Shown here: piece by piece, positions 18,086-28,253 of the stretch
Numbering within the stretch: position 1 is the first letter of the stretch
Layout: each line of letters begins with the position of its first letter
DNA from: a candidate division TM6 bacterium GW2011_GWF2_28_16
GTDB taxonomy: Bacteria; Patescibacteriota; Microgenomatia; UBA1400; PJMF01
Direction of reading: 5' to 3'
NCBI GenBank assembly: GCA_001029715.1
Contig: CP011212.1
Span: forward strand, 259,407 to 323,406
DNA: 64,000 bases
Made by a program: the position numbers and the translations under genes
The notes under the pieces: generated by a model
Databases searched by the model: none
Seen by the model: the letters and a program-made list of their open reading frames with translations, nothing else
What the model was told of the DNA's origin: nothing

Positions 18086-19495
18086 CTAATCGAAGATCAT
18101 GCTTTGATCACTAGTGAGTTCAAAATTCTTACTTTGATCTTGATAATTAATAGAGTAAGTTGTTGCTTGTAGTCCCGATTGCTTCTGAATAAAAATGCTT
18201 TTTTGTTCTTCTACTCCAAGTTCACTTTTAAGATTTATTTCTATTTTGCTCTGGCCTTTTGCCAACACTGGAGCTAAAAAGCCAACCTCTCGCCATTTTT
18301 GGCCGTCTTTTGTTTCCATCACTCTTTGATCAATTTGAGCAATTTCTTGGTCATCGATTAAAACACTGACAAGGTTATTATTTGGTTTAATGTAAAGTCG
18401 TTGATAGTTAATGTAAGGTAATTGATTATTATTTTGGAACTTAATGCTGAGTTTTTGCTGATTTTCATCAATATTTATATTGACTTGGCGCTCTACCAAT
18501 CTATTTGTTTTGTTAATGCCGACATTACTTTCCACGAGGAAATAATAAAGTTCTTGATTATTGTCGTACATTTTGCCATCTAGCTGCCTTCTACTTAGAA
18601 TCTCAGCAATTTCCTGATCTTTGCTATGGATCTGAATATCTTTGCTTTGTAGCAGATTTTTTGCTAAGGCGAGATAGGCTTGGGGATTTTCTTTAATGGA
18701 TTGACTGAGTTTTAGCTTAAAGATTTTTAAGAAATGATTAAGAAAATTAGCTTTTTCTTGTGAACCGGGAAAGAATTCACTACGATCTTCTCTGGCAATT
18801 TCTGCAAAATTATATTGGTCAACACTTTTGTCATAGTCTGGTAAATAAATCTCTCCAGTAATAGCTAAAAGTTTTTCAACTGCGTTTAAATTAATAGCGA
18901 TCACTCCTTGGTAATCTTTTTGTTCGGTCTCCTTGAAAAAATAAAGAACTTGCTCGGCTGAATCAGGAAAATTAGGCCACCAGTTGGAGTCTGGCAATCT
19001 CATCCCTTGACCAGAACTCAAATATTCATCTAAACCTTTTGGTGCTTCTAGAAATCCTTTAAATTGTCCATCTGGTACATAAATATCTTGGATTTTAAAA
19101 GGAGTGAATTGGCCATTTTTAATTTCTAAAGTAGAAAATGAGCCAAGAAAGCCACCGCTTGCTCTTAGCTCATCGCTGTTTTGTAAAATAATAATGTAGT
19201 TTTGATTTTCGTTAAGGAATTTTTTGCTGACTAAAAGCAAATCATTGCTAATGGATTTGAATTCATTTAATTGCTTTATATCAATTTTATTTAATTTATT
19301 ATTTATTTTTTCTAAATTTTTGATTATTTTTTCTGCTAAATCACGATCACTTGTTTCGCCACTCATTACCTGATTAAAATATTTTTGAGAGTCCTTTTGG
19401 AGAGATGAAAAAAGTAAGTAATTCCTAAAAATTCCTAAGACTAGAAAAAAAGATAAACTTGAAAAAACTATAAGTATAATAAGAGGTTTTTTCAT
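18086..19495 (-). CDS. hypothetical extracytoplasmic protein with N-terminal TM anchor
   Basis: 469 aa with an N-terminal hydrophobic helix. Sits beside the glycosyltransferase genes. Confidence 0.5.
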   Translation of the reverse strand: MKKPLIILIVFSSLSFFLVLGIFRNYLLFSSLQKDSQKYFNQVMSGETSDRDLAEKIIKNLEKINNKLNKIDIKQLNEFKSISNDLLLVSKKFLNENQNYIIILQNSDELRASGGFLGSFSTLEIKNGQFTPFKIQDIYVPDGQFKGFLEAPKGLDEYLSSGQGMRLPDSNWWPNFPDSAEQVLYFFKETEQKDYQGVIAINLNAVEKLLAITGEIYLPDYDKSVDQYNFAEIAREDRSEFFPGSQEKANFLNHFLKIFKLKLSQSIKENPQAYLALAKNLLQSKDIQIHSKDQEIAEILSRRQLDGKMYDNNQELYYFLVESNVGINKTNRLVERQVNINIDENQQKLSIKFQNNNQLPYINYQRLYIKPNNNLVSVLIDDQEIAQIDQRVMETKDGQKWREVGFLAPVLAKGQSKIEINLKSELGVEEQKSIFIQKQSGLQATTYSINYQDQSKNFELTSDQSMIFD

Positions 19496-20463
19496 GATTC
19501 TTGAATTGCTTTGAGATATAAATCAGCTAATTTTTTAAAACTATGGTTTTTAGCTAATTGATAATTTTTATCGAGTATTCCCCTTTGTTTTTTTATGGTT
19601 AAATGATTCTTGAATAATTTTTCAGCATTGTTTGCACAAGCGATTCCATCAGCAAATGGGCTATCTAATAAATAATCTTTCTTTAAGTCATTCTGATATG
19701 CACTGAGCACATTATTTTTATAAGCCATGGCTTCTAAGATAGAGAGATAGCCACCCGAGAAACAGTTGGCAGATTTTTCTAAATATTTTCTGACATCAAC
19801 GAAACCGAGCACCTCACCATATTTTTGGCATTCTTTTTTCATCAGACCATCGCCACAGAATTTAACGGAAAAAATTATGTTTTCTTTTGATAAAATATCT
19901 AAGAACTCTAAAAAAATTGATAAACCAGTGTCTTTTTCTAATCTACCAATAAAGAGAAAGCTATCTTTTTCTTTTTCAATGACGCTAATTTCTTTTGCAG
20001 GGAGAGCTACACCCCCATAGTTTAAATAATTATTCTTATTATCTAATTGATAATATTTATTTATATATCTGCCAATGCTGATGGTTTTATTAGAAAGTGT
20101 TTGGGCAAGCTTTTTGTAAAAAATATTTTTAAGAGGAATGGGGTAGATTTTTTCCCAACCATGAAAAGTAGTAATGACTTTTTTCTTTGGGAAAAGAATT
20201 CTAAATGGCAGATAATATATAAAGACATCGTGAATGAAAACAATTTCTGCCTCTTTGATTTGTTTTATTCTTTTAGACAAAGCCCACCAAATTTGTAGCA
20301 AACCAAAGAATTTCAGCATTTTTTTATCAGTAAAAATCTCTCTTTTACTAATGATTTCTATCTCGAGACCAGCTTTTTTTAGGTAGGGCAAAATCGAGGC
20401 AATGTGTTTTTCAACACCGCCAATTTCTGGAAGATATGATTCTGTAATGATTAATGCTTTCAT
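19492..20463 (-). CDS. glycosyltransferase family 4 (GT-B fold)
   Basis: ITESYLPEIGGVEKH N-terminal motif and C-terminal E..EAMA block. Start set to the ATG at 20463 (MKALIIT). Confidence 0.7.
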   Translation of the reverse strand: MKALIITESYLPEIGGVEKHIASILPYLKKAGLEIEIISKREIFTDKKMLKFFGLLQIWWALSKRIKQIKEAEIVFIHDVFIYYLPFRILFPKKKVITTFHGWEKIYPIPLKNIFYKKLAQTLSNKTISIGRYINKYYQLDNKNNYLNYGGVALPAKEISVIEKEKDSFLFIGRLEKDTGLSIFLEFLDILSKENIIFSVKFCGDGLMKKECQKYGEVLGFVDVRKYLEKSANCFSGGYLSILEAMAYKNNVLSAYQNDLKKDYLLDSPFADGIACANNAEKLFKNHLTIKKQRGILDKNYQLAKNHSFKKLADLYLKAIQES

Positions 20464-20487
20464 GCTAAGTCGGGTTATAATTAAGAT

Positions 20488-21426
20488 ATGTCTAGTTTGA
20501 TTGATTATAGAAAAATCTCTGTTTCTTTGATAGCGACAGTTTTTAATGAAGAAAACAATATTATTGAATTTTTGGAAAGTTATAAAAGGCAAAGCGTTTT
20601 GGCCAATGATTTTATTATTGTGGATGCTTTTTCCAGTGATCAGACTTATCCAATTATTAAAAAATTTAGCCTAGAAAATCCAAAATTAAAGATTAGGCTT
20701 TTTCGTAAAAAATCTAATCGTAGCCAAGCTAGAAATTTTGCAGTGGAGAAATCACAGTCAGATTATTTAGCTTTTACTGATGCTGGTTGCGTGCTTGATC
20801 AATTATGGCTCAAAGAGTTGCTAGATAAATTGGCAAGTTCACAAAAAAAAGTAGTGGGAGGGTTTTTTAGAGGGATTTCTAAAAATAATTTAGAAGAGGC
20901 GATAGTCCCCTATTTTTTACAATTAAATAGAAATGTCAATGAAAAAAATTTCACCCCCACTACCCGTTCACTCTTAATTGAAAAAAGGCTTTGGCAAAAG
21001 TTAGGAGGTCTCAATGAAAAGTTGGAATTGAGTGAGGACTATCAATTAATGTTGAGAATCAAACAAGAAAAAATTGAGATAACCTTTGCTAAAAAAGCGG
21101 TCGTTTTTTGGTATCCACCAAAATCTTTTTCATCTTTTTTAAAGAAGATAACTTCTTTTGCCAAAAGCGATATTGAAGCGGGAATTATTAGGCTAAAAGT
21201 TTTATCTATTTTTGCTAGGTATTTTCTTCTTGTTTTGATTCTTATTGAAAATCCTTTTATTTTTCTTCTAGCTTTTTTACTCTATATATTTTGGAGTATC
21301 AGTAAAAATATGCACAACTGTCCGAATTCTTGGTATTATTTGCCGGTTTTACAAATTAGTTCTGACTTCGGAATAATGATCGCTAGCTTATTGGCTTTGC
21401 CTAAATTTAAATCAAGAGCTCTTTAA
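20488..21426 (+). CDS. glycosyltransferase family 2 with C-terminal membrane helices
   Basis: VSLIATVFNEENNI, DAFSSD, FTDAGC (DxD region) GT2 motifs. Divergent from the GT4 gene. Confidence 0.75.
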   Translation: MSSLIDYRKISVSLIATVFNEENNIIEFLESYKRQSVLANDFIIVDAFSSDQTYPIIKKFSLENPKLKIRLFRKKSNRSQARNFAVEKSQSDYLAFTDAGCVLDQLWLKELLDKLASSQKKVVGGFFRGISKNNLEEAIVPYFLQLNRNVNEKNFTPTTRSLLIEKRLWQKLGGLNEKLELSEDYQLMLRIKQEKIEITFAKKAVVFWYPPKSFSSFLKKITSFAKSDIEAGIIRLKVLSIFARYFLLVLILIENPFIFLLAFLLYIFWSISKNMHNCPNSWYYLPVLQISSDFGIMIASLLALPKFKSRAL

Positions 21427-22679
21427 TCATAGATTTCTAAAACTTTATTATGATATTTTTTTGCCAATTTGATAGAAATAGGTAATAACAAAAAGATACT
21501 CCCAAGGCCCATGATTAAGAAAATTATCCTAAGAGCTTGCTCTGTATATTCATTAAGAACCGAGAATATAGCCAGTATTAATATAAAGGCTAAACTAATC
21601 ATCATGCTTAAGCTAGAGATGGCAGTAGCTCTATTTTTGGAACTATAGCATTGGTTGCTGAGTTTTCCTAAAACATTCCAACGCATAGAAGAGACAATGA
21701 AAACCACAAATATAATAACCACCATGCTTGGTACCTGATAGAAATAACTTAAAGGTAAAAAGATGCTAAGCAAAATAGCTGGCATTAAGAAAACCACTTT
21801 CATTTTTTCGAATACTTTCTTCCTGATAAGAACATGCAAAAACTGAACGGCAAACAAAGACAAAAAGGCTAAAATAAAACCCATGTTTTTTTCGCTCACT
21901 CCCAAATCAACCAAGGCAAAATTTTTAAAACTAAGCACAATTGGCCAAGTAAATGCTCCAACTAAAATATAGAAAAGAGAAATATCTCTAGATTGTTTAT
22001 TTTTAAATAATTCTTTAAATCCCATTTTGGTTTGTAGTAGATAATTTTTTAAAGTAAATTTTTCACTATCAATATCTGGTTCTATGAATTTCAAAGATAT
22101 AAAGGTTGCTATTAAAAAAGAAATACCTGTTAGCACTGATGGCAAGTGATAATGTTTTTCAAATATTAGTCCACCGATGATGATGGCTGCAAAAATACTG
22201 TAATTAAAGATTAAGTTATTTTTGTTACTAATTTCACTGAAAGCTGCTTCTTTTTTATTTTGTTTGAGAGTGTCAAAAACTAGAGCTTCCAGGGCGCCAC
22301 TCATTAAAGCATCACCTAGTCCAAATCCTAATCCAGCAATCAAAAACAAGGAAAAACTATCAGCATAAGCAAATAAAAAATAAGCCATTGCGCTAACAAA
22401 AAATGAGATGCTAACACTTTTTTTTCTGCCGATTAAATCAGCTAGGGCACCGGTTGGCAATTCCAAAATAATAGCACTAAATAAAATGACCATGTCAATA
22501 ATAGCGACTTGAGTTAAAGTAATGTATTTTAGTTCCATAGATACCCAGACTGGTACCATAAAGAACAAAGAACGAAAAACACTCAATATTCTTAAATAGA
22601 AAATATTGTTGTTATATAAATTTTGATTACGATCTGTGGTTTTTTCTGGAAATCTAAATAATTTCTCAATACTAAACAT
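21423..22679 (-). CDS. MFS transporter
   Basis: 12 TM organisation; G-x-LaD-x-xGrkk-like loop (GALADLIGRKK). Confidence 0.75.
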   Translation of the reverse strand: MFSIEKLFRFPEKTTDRNQNLYNNNIFYLRILSVFRSLFFMVPVWVSMELKYITLTQVAIIDMVILFSAIILELPTGALADLIGRKKSVSISFFVSAMAYFLFAYADSFSLFLIAGLGFGLGDALMSGALEALVFDTLKQNKKEAAFSEISNKNNLIFNYSIFAAIIIGGLIFEKHYHLPSVLTGISFLIATFISLKFIEPDIDSEKFTLKNYLLQTKMGFKELFKNKQSRDISLFYILVGAFTWPIVLSFKNFALVDLGVSEKNMGFILAFLSLFAVQFLHVLIRKKVFEKMKVVFLMPAILLSIFLPLSYFYQVPSMVVIIFVVFIVSSMRWNVLGKLSNQCYSSKNRATAISSLSMMISLAFILILAIFSVLNEYTEQALRIIFLIMGLGSIFLLLPISIKLAKKYHNKVLEIYD

Positions 22680-22698
22680 CCGATAATTCTATCAGAAA

Positions 22699-23571
22699 TT
22701 AACCTTTTTTACTTGAGAAGCCACAAACGAAATCTTTTTCAACGCAACCAGCGCATTTGTGTCCGTAATATTTATCATCCCAAGCTGCAAGGCGATTTTT
22801 TAAAGACGTAATGATTTCTTCGCTATTGCTTTTAATATTGCCAATTGGTCTAATGCCTTCACAGCAGCCGTAAACTTGTCCATCAGACATTAAAGATACT
22901 TGGAAGCAACCAAGATCTTTTGGTGGAAAGGTTTGGCGTTTACTCATCAACTGTTTGATTTCTTCTTTATCTAAAAAATTAAAACCTTCAACTCGCCCAA
23001 CGATGTTGGAAATGGGGTGTTTTTGCAGGTAGCTCATTGGTTTTCGTGGATGGTAGGTCACAACAATTTTTTTACCAAAAATTTTTTCCAGCTCTTGCTC
23101 AAAATCATTGATTTGTTTCAAGTTTTCTTTAGTCACAATAGAGAAAATTTCAAAATGAAAACCAAGTTTTTGAGCTTTTTGAAGGAGAGTAATGCTTTTT
23201 TGAAAGTTGCCGGCGCCACGATTTTGGTCATGGTATTCTTCGAGCCCATCAATAGAAATGATTAAGTTGACCATATTGCTTTGTTCGATTTCTTCCAAGC
23301 GATCAATGGTGCCATTGCTAATGATTTGTACAAAAACACCTTTTTTCGTAAGTTCATTTATGAGGGCTGGAAAGTCTTTGAGCAAAAAAACTTCTCCGCC
23401 ACAAAAAGTGACACTTTCTAATTCTTGGATTTCTTGGTAGCGATTGATAAAATCTAAAATTTCCTGATTGCTGAGGACAAATTTAGTCTTTTTGGTATAA
23501 CAAATTTTGCAATTAAGATTGCAACGCTCCAGAGGATTAATGTAGAGGTGTTTGAGTTGATTTATTTTCAC
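22699..23571 (-). CDS. radical SAM protein with C-terminal SPASM/twitch-like Cys cluster
   Basis: CNLNCKICY (Cx3Cx2C); C-terminal GCCEG...CAGCVEKDFVCG cysteines. Confidence 0.75.
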   Translation of the reverse strand: MKINQLKHLYINPLERCNLNCKICYTKKTKFVLSNQEILDFINRYQEIQELESVTFCGGEVFLLKDFPALINELTKKGVFVQIISNGTIDRLEEIEQSNMVNLIISIDGLEEYHDQNRGAGNFQKSITLLQKAQKLGFHFEIFSIVTKENLKQINDFEQELEKIFGKKIVVTYHPRKPMSYLQKHPISNIVGRVEGFNFLDKEEIKQLMSKRQTFPPKDLGCFQVSLMSDGQVYGCCEGIRPIGNIKSNSEEIITSLKNRLAAWDDKYYGHKCAGCVEKDFVCGFSSKKG

Positions 23572-23590
23572 GCTTGGCTATTTTAGCACC

Positions 23591-24379
23591 TTAGAAAAGA
23601 GCTGAACCAAATATCAGCAATAAAACACTAGCCATCACAATGCGGTAAATGCCAAAGCCAGTTAAAGTGTGTTTCTGCAAGTAGGCAATAAACCACTTGA
23701 GGACAAAAAAGGCGACGACAAAGGCGGTGACAAAACCAATAGCTGTTAGCAATATTTCTTCTGAAGAAAGAGTAGTTTTGCCTATTAATTTAAACATGTC
23801 GTAGCCAGCAGCAGCACAGATAGTGGGAAGAGCAAGTAAGAAAGAATATTTAGCAGCTTGAGAACGTTTTTGACCCATGACCATCATGCTTAGCATCACT
23901 GCTCCAGCGCGAGAAACGCCTGGCAAAGTAGCCAATGCCTGGCCAATACCGATTACGATACTTTGTTTCCAAGTCAGATCTTTAATTTCTTTGTCAATTT
24001 TTTTGTTCTTTTTGAGTTGCCATTCGTAAACAATAAAAATAATACCAACTAGCATAAAGGAACCAATCATTAGCCAGTCAGTCTCAAAGAAAAAGCTTTT
24101 AATAATTGAATGTAAAAGAAAGCCGACGATGGCGGTTGGAATAAAAGACAGAATAATTTTTTTATCAAGTTCACGATCTTGCCAAAGTTCTTTACCATAT
24201 AAAAAGAGGACGGCAATGATGGCTCCAGCTTGGATAAAAACTTCAAAAAACTTAAGAAAATCACTATTCTCAATCATTAAGAATTTGCTAACAAAAATCA
24301 AATGAAAAGTAGAGGAAATAGGCAGGAATTCTGTTAATCCTTCAATGATGCCTAGTACGAATGATTGCCAGATTTCCAT
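23591..24379 (-). CDS. uppP: undecaprenyl-diphosphate phosphatase
   Basis: GIIEGLTEFLPISST; PGVSRAGA motif; 8 TM. Confidence 0.9.
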   Translation of the reverse strand: MEIWQSFVLGIIEGLTEFLPISSTFHLIFVSKFLMIENSDFLKFFEVFIQAGAIIAVLFLYGKELWQDRELDKKIILSFIPTAIVGFLLHSIIKSFFFETDWLMIGSFMLVGIIFIVYEWQLKKNKKIDKEIKDLTWKQSIVIGIGQALATLPGVSRAGAVMLSMMVMGQKRSQAAKYSFLLALPTICAAAGYDMFKLIGKTTLSSEEILLTAIGFVTAFVVAFFVLKWFIAYLQKHTLTGFGIYRIVMASVLLLIFGSALF

Positions 24380-24512
24380 AATGAGCTGATTTTATCAAAG
24401 TAAAAGCTAATGATATAGTAGCGACTAAGCTGTTAGAATAGAAAATCACCGCATATAGAATATTATATATTCAACGCGATCTATATGTTGTATAATTTTT
24501 TGAGGAAAAAAT

Positions 24513-25016
24513 ATGACGATTTTGATGACCACTTTATTTTTTTTAGTAGCTCTTATTTTTGCAGTGCCTGCTAAAGCAGTTTGTCCAATTTGTACAATAG
24601 CAGTAGCTGGTGGTTTAGGAGTTTCTAGATGGATCGGCATTGATGATTCAGTGATGGGTATTTGGATTGGCGGCTTGATTCTCTCTAGTGGTTTTTGGAT
24701 GGCTGACTTTATTAGCAAAAAAACTTTGAAAATTCCTTATCCAAAATTGCTTTCTATTTTAGTGATGGTTCTTTTTGTAGTTCCACCTCTATATTGGTCT
24801 CATATTATGGGCATAGTAGGCAATACTCTTTGGGGAATTGACAAAATTCTTTTAGGCACAATTGTAGGCTCAGGATTATTTTTTGCTGGGATGAAATTAG
24901 ATCAATGGCTACGCACTACCAATGAAGACAAAGTTTATATTTATTACCAAAAAGTTATCGCTCCAGTGTTTTTCTTAACCTTGGGGAGTTTTATTTTCTT
25001 TTTGATCACTCTTTAA
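24513..25016 (+). CDS. hypothetical integral membrane protein
   Basis: 5 hydrophobic helices; CPIC pair near N-terminus. Confidence 0.5.
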   Translation: MTILMTTLFFLVALIFAVPAKAVCPICTIAVAGGLGVSRWIGIDDSVMGIWIGGLILSSGFWMADFISKKTLKIPYPKLLSILVMVLFVVPPLYWSHIMGIVGNTLWGIDKILLGTIVGSGLFFAGMKLDQWLRTTNEDKVYIYYQKVIAPVFFLTLGSFIFFLITL

Positions 25017-25047
25017 TTAAAAATTCTCAAAGGGGAAGCTAAAAATT

Positions 25048-25617
25048 ATGAAAAAAACAAAATCAGTTCAACCAGATATCAATAAGTTCATGAGCAAAGT
25101 AAAGGCCATGGAAAAAGGTCATGAGCTCGATCTGTCTTCTGATGAAGATTTATCGATGGCGATCATGAATCTGATTTCTATGGAAGAACATTTTTTCTTT
25201 ACTTATAATAAGACTGGCGATGCTAAATACCTAGATTTACTCAATGAAATTCGAGAAATGCGTAAGACCGCTCTTAAACGCATTATTAAAGATTACGAAG
25301 GAGAAGTTTGGTGTATTAGTAAACATTTACTGGCTGCTTCAATGAGATTTATGGAGGTAGGAACAAAAGCTTTGACCAAGGGTGATAAAAAAGGCAGCGA
25401 AGAAATGTTCCAGAATTCCTACAAGCTTTATTCTTTGTTTTGGGGTTTAAATCTGAATTTGGTTGGTACTAAAGAGATTGGCAGTGTTAAACAAAGTAAG
25501 TCAGCCAAGATTTCTTTTATCAGCGAAGACAAAAAACCAAAAGAGAATGGTGTGGCTAGTATCTTAGATAAATTGGGAGAGGTGGTTAAGAAAGCGGTTG
25601 ATTGTTGTAAAGAATAG
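25048..25617 (+). CDS. hypothetical protein
   Basis: 189 aa soluble, no motif. Confidence 0.45.
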   Translation: MKKTKSVQPDINKFMSKVKAMEKGHELDLSSDEDLSMAIMNLISMEEHFFFTYNKTGDAKYLDLLNEIREMRKTALKRIIKDYEGEVWCISKHLLAASMRFMEVGTKALTKGDKKGSEEMFQNSYKLYSLFWGLNLNLVGTKEIGSVKQSKSAKISFISEDKKPKENGVASILDKLGEVVKKAVDCCKE

Positions 25618-26860
25618 ATTTCATAATTGGTAAGACAATTGTATCAAGCAGAATCTTATTCACATCTGCTCTGCGATCTGGATTTATCCATCCAGAAGTT
25701 TCTAAAGACCAACATCGATCCATACCCCAACGTACTATAGCTGTTTCAAAGTTTTTATTGTGTGTTTCTTTTGTAATGGGGACCACTTCTTTTGTACTTT
25801 TATTTATTTCTTCTGAAGCTGGTAATTGTGCATAGCCATCAACAAATAAGTTCATTCCAAGAAGCTTATCGGTAATATCATCAATACCATTTAGCAATGG
25901 TAGACCCTGTGCCCTCATCGTATTTTGAAAATTAAGAACGCACTCTTGTATAAATTTTTCATTTTTTGGATCCATTTTTTCATTGTTGGAAAAAAAGTTA
26001 GGAGTGTCATACATATAACAACCACTTTGTTTTTCAACTTGTTCTCCGTTTTCATTAATTTGAGTAGTGGTGGACCAATTGTCGGCGTGAAAACTAAAAC
26101 CATGTTTTGCTTGAGGAGCATACGTTTTAATTGCTTTTAAAAGCTGGCCAGCTTTAGGAAATAATTGATCTGGAGATGGAGTTACACCTTCTTCTAACTC
26201 TATAAATTGTCTGTTGAGGTCAACATAAGAAGTTTCGTTTCCATTTTCATCTTCACCATTAGATATATAAGAACCACTTTCAGTTAGATATTTGGTGAAA
26301 AGTAATTTGTTAATTGATCCATCTGTATTAAGAATCTCCTCTCGTTGTTTTGGATTAATTCTTTTGGCTTCGACCATTCTGTCTAATAATTCTTGATCAA
26401 GTTGTACTCCTCGATTTTTTTGTAAATATGCTTCTTCATTGGCACGGGGAATAATCAGTACATTCTTCATGGCAGGATCATCTCTTAATATTTTCTCAGT
26501 TAATTGTAAAAACATAGGAATAGCTGGACCAGGTTCATCGCCGTGAATGTGGGACACTATTACCACATTAGGATCGCCAATGCGATAAATGATCATTGGG
26601 TTGCATCCTGCTTCTTCAACAACAATTTTTTCTACTTTACCTGACTTTTCAAGTATTTTTGAAGCTTCTTGAAATTGATACTCCTGATAATCCCAATCAA
26701 AAACTGTTTCTTTGCTTTGCAGATCTTGGTGTTCTTTGGGATTACCTAAAGCGTGACTTTGAGCTTTTGCCTGATCGAAGGCAAGGGAGTCAAGACTGGA
26801 CCTATCAAATTCTTTAAAAGTTGCTTCAGAGTTTTTAAGCATAGTTTGATTATAAACCAA
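25586..26860 (-). CDS. M14-like zinc carboxypeptidase / succinylglutamate desuccinylase-aspartoacylase family protein
   Basis: VVIVSHIHGDEPGP (HxxE zinc site typical of AstE/AspA-M14 fold). Confidence 0.55.
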   Translation of the reverse strand: MVYNQTMLKNSEATFKEFDRSSLDSLAFDQAKAQSHALGNPKEHQDLQSKETVFDWDYQEYQFQEASKILEKSGKVEKIVVEEAGCNPMIIYRIGDPNVVIVSHIHGDEPGPAIPMFLQLTEKILRDDPAMKNVLIIPRANEEAYLQKNRGVQLDQELLDRMVEAKRINPKQREEILNTDGSINKLLFTKYLTESGSYISNGEDENGNETSYVDLNRQFIELEEGVTPSPDQLFPKAGQLLKAIKTYAPQAKHGFSFHADNWSTTTQINENGEQVEKQSGCYMYDTPNFFSNNEKMDPKNEKFIQECVLNFQNTMRAQGLPLLNGIDDITDKLLGMNLFVDGYAQLPASEEINKSTKEVVPITKETHNKNFETAIVRWGMDRCWSLETSGWINPDRRADVNKILLDTIVLPIMKSILYNNQPLS

Positions 26861-26870
26861 AGTTTTTTAT

Positions 26871-27884
26871 TTATTTTACCCTTTCCAACTCAGGAAAAAG
26901 TAAATACAAAAACTCTCTAGCTGCATGACGATTTTTACCCTCATATGGATAATCATGGATATCAAATCCAGGTGAGTCATTAATTTCGATAATTACATAA
27001 CTGTCTTTATTTTGTTTTTTGCTGACGTCAGTACTCATAAAATCAATACCGGCAAAGGATAATCCAGGAATAGTGCGAATTGCTTTGATAGCAATTTCTT
27101 TTACAGATGAGTGGATTTGATCAGTAAAATCGATAGCATCTCCTCCTTGAGAAATATTGGAAACTTTTCTAAGAAAAACTCTCTTTCCTTTTTTAGGAAT
27201 GTTTTCGAGGTCTAACTTTTGTTCCTCAAGATATTCCTTCAATTTTTTATCAATTCTGATTTTTAAGTGAGATCTATTGCTACCTTTTTCTCCACGAATA
27301 TCTTCTTGGTTTTTTATTTTAATCAGCTGTTTAATATTATTTTTTCCGTCACCAATGACATTTGCTGGAATTCTTTTCACCACGCCAATGACTTTTTCTC
27401 TAGTGGCTAGGATTCGATATTCTTCTCCGGTAAACATTTCTTCGATGACGGCGCCAGTTTTTTTGCCTCGAGAATAGGCAAAAGCAAGCCTAATTGCTTC
27501 TAAGTATTTATCAAAAGAATTGAGATCGAGGGTGATATTTTCTCCCCAAGTTCCACTAAGTGGTTTAACTACGAGTGGTTTTTTTAATTTTTCAAAAATA
27601 TCACGAAGATACTTTTTGTCACTGTCTTGATTTATGTGATAGCTTTTTGGAGCATTAATTCCAGCCTGTTGGAGTAAATTATTGGTAATTTTCTTGTTTC
27701 TACAGATATAATGAGCAAGAGCAGTGCATGAGGAAGGAACCTGATGATGGTAGGATTTTTCTTGTCCTTTATAAGTTAAAGAAATAATTTCTGTTCCTGG
27801 AATAATTTTCCAAGTAATTCCGTGTTTTTCTGCCTCTTTGATAATAATTCTAGAACTGTTGGTTAAGTTGTTTCCTTTTTTCAA
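26871..27884 (-). CDS. ATP-grasp ligase (RimK/LysX-like alpha-L-glutamate ligase family)
   Basis: ATP-grasp fold blocks (VVKPLSGTWGENI; EEMFTGEEYRIL; DSPGFDIHD). Confidence 0.65.
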   Translation of the reverse strand: MKKGNNLTNSSRIIIKEAEKHGITWKIIPGTEIISLTYKGQEKSYHHQVPSSCTALAHYICRNKKITNNLLQQAGINAPKSYHINQDSDKKYLRDIFEKLKKPLVVKPLSGTWGENITLDLNSFDKYLEAIRLAFAYSRGKKTGAVIEEMFTGEEYRILATREKVIGVVKRIPANVIGDGKNNIKQLIKIKNQEDIRGEKGSNRSHLKIRIDKKLKEYLEEQKLDLENIPKKGKRVFLRKVSNISQGGDAIDFTDQIHSSVKEIAIKAIRTIPGLSFAGIDFMSTDVSKKQNKDSYVIIEINDSPGFDIHDYPYEGKNRHAAREFLYLLFPELERVK

Positions 27885-28031
27885 ACCACTGGGTGAAAAA
27901 TATTCATAAGTTAGTTTTGGCAGAGAGATCCTTTTCTGGTCTAACGAGATTTGGCGATTTTTTATTTGTTATAAAATAACGTTGATAAATCGAGGTTAAA
28001 GATGATTTATTATAGCACTTTTTGGCTATTT

Positions 28032-28117
28032 TGGCGGAGGTGACAGGATTCGAACCTGTGAAGCTGTGAAGCTCTAGTTTTCAAGACTAGCGCAATTGGC
28101 CACTATGCGACACCTCC
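28032..28117 (-). tRNA. tRNA-Ser (anticodon UGA), CCA encoded
   Basis: Reverse-complement cloverleaf: GGAGGTG acceptor, anticodon stem CTAGT/ACTAG with loop CTTGAAA, long variable arm, T arm CAGGTTCGAATCCTG, GCCA 3' end. Confidence 0.85.
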
Positions 28118-28253
28118 TTTTGCTTGATTAAAGAGCGAAAGATAGATTATATCAGTCTTGCCTAGTATTTTACAGTAAATTTGCCTTGAGCTGAAGAGTA
28201 GAAAGCCAAAGAAAAGACTCTCCAACACAAAGTAAAAATCGTGTATATTAGAT

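Noticed and set aside
17016-18120. Programmed +1 frameshift in prfB
   Set aside because: The RF2 ORF is continuous from an ATG. No CTT-TGA-C-like shifty site or upstream short ORF was seen.
22699-23571. Radical SAM as hydrogenase maturase HydE/HydG
   Set aside because: At 290 aa it is too short and lacks HydE/HydG-specific C-terminal features. It has a SPASM-like pattern instead.
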